IMG/VR virus record: IMGVR_UViG_3300018428_000023
Coordinates: 1 to 58,038 of that record
From: a virus
Lineage: Duplodnaviria; Caudoviricetes
Direction: 5' to 3' (one strand)
Length of the DNA: 58,038 nt
In this document: piece by piece, positions 57,001-58,038 of the stretch
How positions within the stretch are numbered: position 1 is the first letter of the stretch
Layout of the letters: each line of letters opens with the position of its first letter
Position numbers and translations under genes: made by a program
The notes under the pieces: model-generated
Told to the model about the DNA's origin: nothing
The model's input: only the letters and a program-made list of their open reading frames with translations
Database searches by the model: none

Positions 57001-57090
57001 TAAAATATCAACAGGTTCATACTCTTTATTTGCAATTGATGAGTTTGTAAAAGTCTGTTGATCTAGTGGTTTGTTTAAATTATTATCCAT
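42100..57090 (-). CDS. Giant virion-associated RNA polymerase polyprotein (crAss-type)
   Basis: 4996 aa; RIPSQDKHS and GADFDIDK (DFDID at 45748-45762); zincin HEAFH (50734-50748) with EEYLADEF; Ala/Gly-rich hydrophobic N-terminal region. Confidence 0.85.
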   Translation of the reverse strand: MDNNLNKPLDQQTFTNSSIANKEYEPVDILDLGYDPDYLQTVDDEYLDMVTTISPYMNGIPGSAQVVPQQKQAPVANTWFDVKQTFNEPSQREIKPRQAFSIRDTNFDRYYAHPKFADLGFNPYRDNETYYNENSTWYDNFSRAMSQFGANFSPAFSFFGLTDAMFDNNNQGVFDLFDASADTESAVRMSEAMRIGNDSREGFGAAFNRFALNSAYSIGIMSSIAAEEIAMWGATAALAAATPFTGGASGAAAAATGAAATARTAYNVAKLSKMFARMGDAFAVGRVFKGGRSIVGALKNADKARDFWTGIKSGENLAGRIFLPETMQALRSFDKTKDVGTAIHKLGKGYAAFGGFYRDIRMIDLALDESRLEAGFVYNNMIANGIQIERDKTGQVNLTDAQLAAIQKEAVKASSTTTWANAPVIYATNRISLGAVVSPFSRGLARALDASTGKLGRKIIKTKKTVGVDGKISRSPFEVKRSIWTKAGRQQRKNAYSFGDYVMKGAHGALRFFAANIAEGVQELYQEGLQVGVVDYYSELLKDPATDTRVALNAALNKAIDSQYSAQGFEVFMSGFATGGILGGGSKLIYNTVPDTYNRVFNKEEFQKNKQDRENLLNTLVKTANEKWDQQAELNSLFDTANLNFVKVRQAAAEQQRSAYEQDPLGFKDNQDYLEFAQLESLLQNDMIEPFRKQLKDLMNLSDEELAQAFPNAVKDAKSGKVRKRLQDYLDKSYKIEDNYNELNDKFPNPYDASAYKKGSREYNNELYKQIAWNHARYLAMFTRTAFEDSLKRMQTIANELSSSDLVYVPGTEGGINISKLGASDLTTLLDPDTISREISLLQAEIIALKESEADAELLAKKEKKLKLLNNYRKVLTDPKNQISTKGKDGATRFDKRKIGSLTTIASELEEVNGEKVLKATETSTLEKAFVAYIEFLAEENGAYANKAKVKEVLKKMVDYGELQYRTRAYDKAVEFMANPGNFESIVERGAAFFKQQYEQDRKAVRERIDAAINKEEAAQVLKDLDELGIVPDPAEAELFLETGNPEFLQTFYTENGLVQKTVDADKVIEIERIKNNYIKLTQPEEVQDAEDIEEELDEDAPDSDKAAKVINNDESVNAFAKGILRRIHKGVNAARTATGKQRLSLEQYSASKEGQKIASILTDLKALWVASLDQSKPDIADVIKEERGFKEWIQANKDNDQVRELVIDAGESVGLSFEVLSDQKQSTPANSKDKIVEERAGVRIRKTKAKVEGKLVDQYIVELSNGAEISDELYEAAGIDKSKIRASYSKISDAKKVWRSLLSTVPETDPFEFAGQTLHYGDIVVDKKGKRYVSLGTPAKVESNGTLFIVPEEDIEKYKTTKQREKAAIRVTADEFKSKFSVLEESFAETLVTKDMPRVGIPNILGVYPMSDTLDREEGETILSILLQNLSAEDLQEIRVFADVNEESSDLFDFKDSKGKVNPLIKYTKESHSFRLVIADPEVRNKVNNILKENGHSGSITSVDIQLPSGNLKFFAEDGSEVNPFTLSKEQAKKYFSDPVAAIRALATQQIIRKRILDRTDDYENMFLSDFVEMLSVRQGYSNLYSDTQTAVESLPYNTYDGEFVVIDYSYRLDPQTKKRNRIIDVKTNYPKGSKEHKELRNKVLAELNNKKLQNGTSLLDYLKSDRTTDRYHAVIKTPNGNIVFAPLKSTALDQESKDGLLQEMLDRAAKTAEENVDTVEGKKVVKSKGYNDTFNDEFNDKFYISLKSGYDAQLKVSARGALELVLIDTVNDKKLFSAFVDPSATEVDSFDKLMSALNAAMNADATVKSLKLKATSDSFRKNIPTEISAQAIRYLTTTNINPEAFYDVYLDYSVDEASVEEYIGAQRALDSVADDDVADNSNAQETLDNLNNQLSTATVDELSEEEFEELRANNFEGIDSEFLDAIAANYAVGEALSEREGIVYNVLTNMIEFKASQLKSQTKADDDYVEAKNEYDKAKAAREAYVADLKAKVDAGELTNKDLTNILVGGVDQAYNELNDEFKKRERILSSFAPKIVDEDFSVEDVEDIDTFITWAAENLPEFVQIRDISEVAERLKTNGIPVGLFAMHLRNLAGQLEIGGTVYVGSKGFRYHEAFHAVFRLLLSEEEQTKYLAIAANEVRAKLKAEGKTLAEELQKFKNSAEKYQNMSEKQLKREYYEEYLADEFEKFKTNPRSTETSSVIKSFFNRLIEWIKNVFGTYSVSELQKLFRNIDAGKYKSAGVQNNMFTQGLKPGVTLEAFKVLAYDEIELERGVAKKYLDPDTADTLIRTMTGTYLTRLQGGKIEDQETRQELVMRVIEDFRELYDPMADHNSNKSGDQIEKMIKIYTALGGVIGEETVEKTIKKAEYEKNTYDAVAQYISLFDRQIKDEEYANEEIEYDQGLRGVGDWNTDQSMIGGFSSLPVAFRAFIGTTKIEATDEFGNAELLDGKGAIFIPVDYQSAYNGLLKSVKNLTDEISILRAMLSFSKGNRQTAAVVDKIFRTLGTSEEIVLTGTREEILDSITNRVFFNELYKGLENFRVDYLFAHVNTKRGVQGRKLLLYNAANRDDAANQIDVWKQSHNERFKAIKESEVDMLNAVDALESLLPYLETMEEMEDSELSSVATQISNDIYETVGIKLSPAYIEFTIAKNIQNRTPYQQSLVESNKQAEGISKDTIVEFTKQLQLNKTSRRKSAYLFTRKGGIKSRLQLLAKNNALFDETIGQSVFLNAEGNFVYAHQMPTYHLKMVQELNDASFLKDLRQRQEGYNLTNILLNSPAFMQLSEEERLSVLRIAGTKESALGSTDENALDENGGVALDKDGKTYGSLTGAEFTATLVNSYLANYQAFKQQNKTVVFTNEDNEVVETALAPVLIRVIEASNTGDLLSLPIIKTVEFDASGQVTITEPTVNLFFEELRREFERIQRESSKADEDKVPIEGYNAKNGVLTDNEGRAYQFNDTASLLKTTKEEETRVDAKDPKFTSEIGNRVLEGTQKTVYVSDAQAKTIGLTLKNTRANVTVRSGKQEGVFVLRALGQTKVDSTNISNIVKSMGDAVQLEKSKQFNFAVNVGDTTLYVETKVMKDFLEGKKTRFGYELVPYDQFQEEIATQQEFDFKEELEQIAINNPDISLEEAIGMLNESSVTVSDFKDLLKTRLMSEYERFAQELDNLRVKDLISSDILNGITDDNGVAQGDAAMEQLNLVRDNEDYNLMQIFFNDWLNTKAINQLLLGDQAVSLKDSVDKVKRAKMQNASYKSAYTPVIDESRGVYHATENISLVTFSDTLFNKKYSGGQGERTDAQVYITTKALRHMLFGFAELTQDKAELLNKLERGETVTPKEYYAAGGHIKQGSVFNSLKLVYGDGQTFLKMSAVVLTPELTTRKDGTAKAQYEELHNLRLKLEKIEADGDQTIAMAAPASASKMMKPNVVSNEAAFGQFNPNAQALPHTMLNARFIGLQLVNPSNKQKITDPTQLRSLITSEQVDTVEVMIKTLDGYVSKTLGELRELYNRGTAARLNLKYHNKVNLIADFSLETAMRSLDDSRKLGSLTIELRDFLQFAQEGLKASQASSNVIEFFDPSGQYDLNNPMVIDKFEQLFLSYFTKETMSEKVAGDALALMSDSGVKVIRRVFSVDENGVPDKFEVIRDKVYNSNPLPIEIDIDSEGNLVGLADAIERSNGKGVIVRDELRHNLKEYDQDGNFTGVRYTESIMPAFSEQIMEMIEETGKPMPDAFAKMFAVRIPSQDKHSALATKVVDFLPSSYGSTAIFSKELIEISGADFDIDKVYTQMKQWYIKNGKFIEYGDTTRTDQEQFDDYIHYVGKEINSPSSVYAKALEKGKRRLRREGQYTDLQARLIGKGITTSLKVLGLPTTVEEFVAYRDKFGYPYEAALNNQLLDYKFALWGNEGNTVARKDGENPIAYDPAVLTPLTDVWEDIQKELPELAQLVEEEGIDVDNLFGKGRAFKNNKEGAGAIGAAVLPNLYLNLLGEYNIEIRSKVVGGQTIPQIEFNGVRYNKFNEQYERLAKDGKETQGNRTQFIISALITAMTDNAKERLAAKLGLNRDALAVVTTLTKLGVPIKTSILLVNHPIIREEYFAANNKRRATDPGIATRIQSIIKTLELDFADAGIRTNTVQVSDELLKEQIRKGDDLVVNPEMDFEEASAIYSILKQFIAAHNVKSFLSDMSSVMNISKGPGRTFADVNQKLTEIKNLGVGLSDKEFADLEFKGAPVPIDVRPIFKSDAWQANMVKVLNHFSNVILPNVFVSKTPAFDRLLSATLRNLTSNDYVLDAEQKDKIGKDLLSYLTIKAYMHSLDKKGSQMSLGSLNNAFIYPQSGAALNINGLVDQLRKIYPDNFFLNEFMFNENARDLDNKSGIHKAESNTFGKRSDIDKLRIQNSFIEIFSNNRLEATHLIHYMMVKDGLQFGAGSLLEAVTPALLDTFSTSIEDIHDMMKKDRLDLFESKFGMSYPELLNDFVLGYLQSNKNNILLNRVSNIPFYKQIFEETEVLPGQVNKKIVEANPDKVYVYVDNARQLGTVGSSTVRGMENALPLTLMYDLTTMFDSEDLDSFVERFDTEVNDILESGKPIVFPKQLLDKKQLKKLKSASKDVYNYIEEKLRQEFGYSLTKGVLTETGSTTQRAINVAPIAMSLTNEENVLIVDIYKGVKPFKRSGNTQNTRKFGDRFNENQFKKLAKNIRELERKGFVIKKDIIINGKRTFVVELPAVLKVVTGKKNKTVRYFRLKETYTPVTVTEDNIINSSEGMSIGNAGVYEEIKMKGSNYQNGIGFMFDGGGFERPAYTDIRTFVEKLEKEGGFEEGFLPVSEQAVLSKAKTMGYDIEYIGNTVYVNLNSFAPGGVEKNLVKVSDLTMEMLEENDLGPTAEDFDEYGPGGGGGVEADVTSEEVDASDVTSQGVDASDRPPVSLSLFDQLEETNLEEEYPAIVDFWDKNVQTNPEARQKLRDQNINDLEDFIAQRNDPDVIYDSDEDFLDNIKSCIL

Positions 57091-57108
57091 GCCTAGATAT
57101 TATATTCT

Positions 57109-58038
57109 TTAATTGCTTGCTGTTTTATTGTACAAAGCTTCTGCAGCTTGGTTTTTTTCTAAAATTTGCTGCATTTTCACAAACTCCATATAATCAGCAA
57201 CTTGTTGTATTCCATTTGCTTGAACCGGTTGTCCAGCCAACTCTCCATAAACTGATGGATTATTTGGGTATCTTATAACTTCCATTGGTATGTTTGTGCT
57301 AACATAGTGATCAGCTGTACCAGCTTTTGGATCAAATGTTCTTTCAGTTATACTTGTAAAATACAAACCATTATTTCTCCAAATTTTAAATTCTCCTGCT
57401 CCAGGAACTTCTCTATAGTATTTACCATCAAATTGAATTTGAGTATCTACTTCAGAATAATTATAGTTAGCTTGTGAATAACCGCTTACATCTTCTTCTT
57501 TATTTACAAGAAGTGTAACTGTAGAAAATTTATCTTTTTCCAATTTTGTAAGAATACCATAACCAGGATTATCTGAATCACCTGTTGCTAGTTTCTTTAA
57601 ATAATCTTGATCAAATGTAATTACATATGCTCCTGTTTTTTCAGGAGAATCAACAGCCCCATAAGCATCTATATAACTAACGCTAAATACAGCTTTGTTT
57701 TTCATATTAGAACCTTGACTACCAGCATCAAGATCCATTAAAGCTTGCCCAACAATTCTTTTGGTTTTAGTCCCATAATCTTCAACGTTATCTGTCAAAT
57801 CATCCGTTTCTAGATCTCTAGCATCACCAGCAACATATTGAACACCACCCACTTGAATTTGATTTACAAGATCAACTAAAACATTTTCTTGTTCTACACT
57901 AAGAGAGTTTAAGTTTTGTGGAACAATTACACCACTGTTATATGAGTTAGACATAAAAGCGTTTTCATCTGACATGTTCTTTACAGATTCACCTCTTAAT
58001 ACACTATATACACCAAAGGCTTTAAATGGTCTTTGTGC
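57109..58038 (-). CDS. Large virion protein, 5'-truncated by the window edge
   Basis: Frame stays open upstream of the 57975 ATG to the window end (AQRPFKAFGVYSVLRGESVKNM). Confidence 0.7.
   Translation of the reverse strand, partial: AQRPFKAFGVYSVLRGESVKNMSDENAFMSNSYNSGVIVPQNLNSLSVEQENVLVDLVNQIQVGGVQYVAGDARDLETDDLTDNVEDYGTKTKRIVGQALMDLDAGSQGSNMKNKAVFSVSYIDAYGAVDSPEKTGAYVITFDQDYLKKLATGDSDNPGYGILTKLEKDKFSTVTLLVNKEEDVSGYSQANYNYSEVDTQIQFDGKYYREVPGAGEFKIWRNNGLYFTSITERTFDPKAGTADHYVSTNIPMEVIRYPNNPSVYGELAGQPVQANGIQQVADYMEFVKMQQILEKNQAAEALYNKTASN

Noticed and set aside
36449-57278. Many short + strand and off-frame ORFs inside the giant genes, and similar antisense ORFs elsewhere (e.g. 5381-5749, 16449-16829, 34849-35385)
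   Set aside because: They are shadows of well-supported genes, with no motifs or start context
1-58038. Stop-codon reassignment, as known in some crAss-like phages
   Set aside because: Genes are full length under code 11, including a 15-kb ORF, and TAA, TGA and TAG (e.g. 5579, 7986) all end genes at tight junctions
1-58038. tRNA genes, integrase or IS elements
   Set aside because: No cloverleaf with a T-loop consensus in the short intergenic gaps and no recombinase or transposase motifs seen by eye; tRNAscan-SE was not run

Overview
This is an AT-rich, gene-dense segment of a tailed dsDNA phage genome, best explained as a crAss-like (Crassvirales-related) phage of an environmental Bacteroidetes/Flavobacteriia host. 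Host evidence: TAnnTTTG host-type promoters and A-rich starts with no Shine-Dalgarno. Standard genetic code fits. 1-23.2 kb (+) is the replication/nucleotide block: UNG, DnaA-C HTH, DnaB, AAA ATPase, SSB, primase, RusA-like resolvase, a VWA-metallopeptidase/MoxR module, PD-(D/E)XK nuclease, PolB, MazG, spore-photoproduct-lyase-like radical SAM, DUF932, acyl-CoA thioesterase and DUF1599. 23.3-29.9 kb (-) holds a repeat-built fibre, a cluster of tiny K/R-rich proteins and holin-like genes. 30-33 kb (+) is nrdB-nrdA. 33.5-36.4 kb (+) is a translationally coupled operon with a complete two-component system (YgaP/DUF2892-like membrane protein, histidine kinase, stand-alone receiver) joined to membrane, lysis-like genes. 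36.4-58 kb (-) encodes giant virion proteins, including a 4996-aa protein with the crAss-type DFDID RNA polymerase motif. The best novelty candidates are (1) the phage two-component/membrane operon, (2) intergenic bulged-hairpin RNAs whose unpaired parts are complementary to late-gene start codons, and (3) SPL together with small basic proteins as a possible spore-like DNA protection/repair strategy. All family calls come from motif recognition by eye; no searches or folding programs were run.
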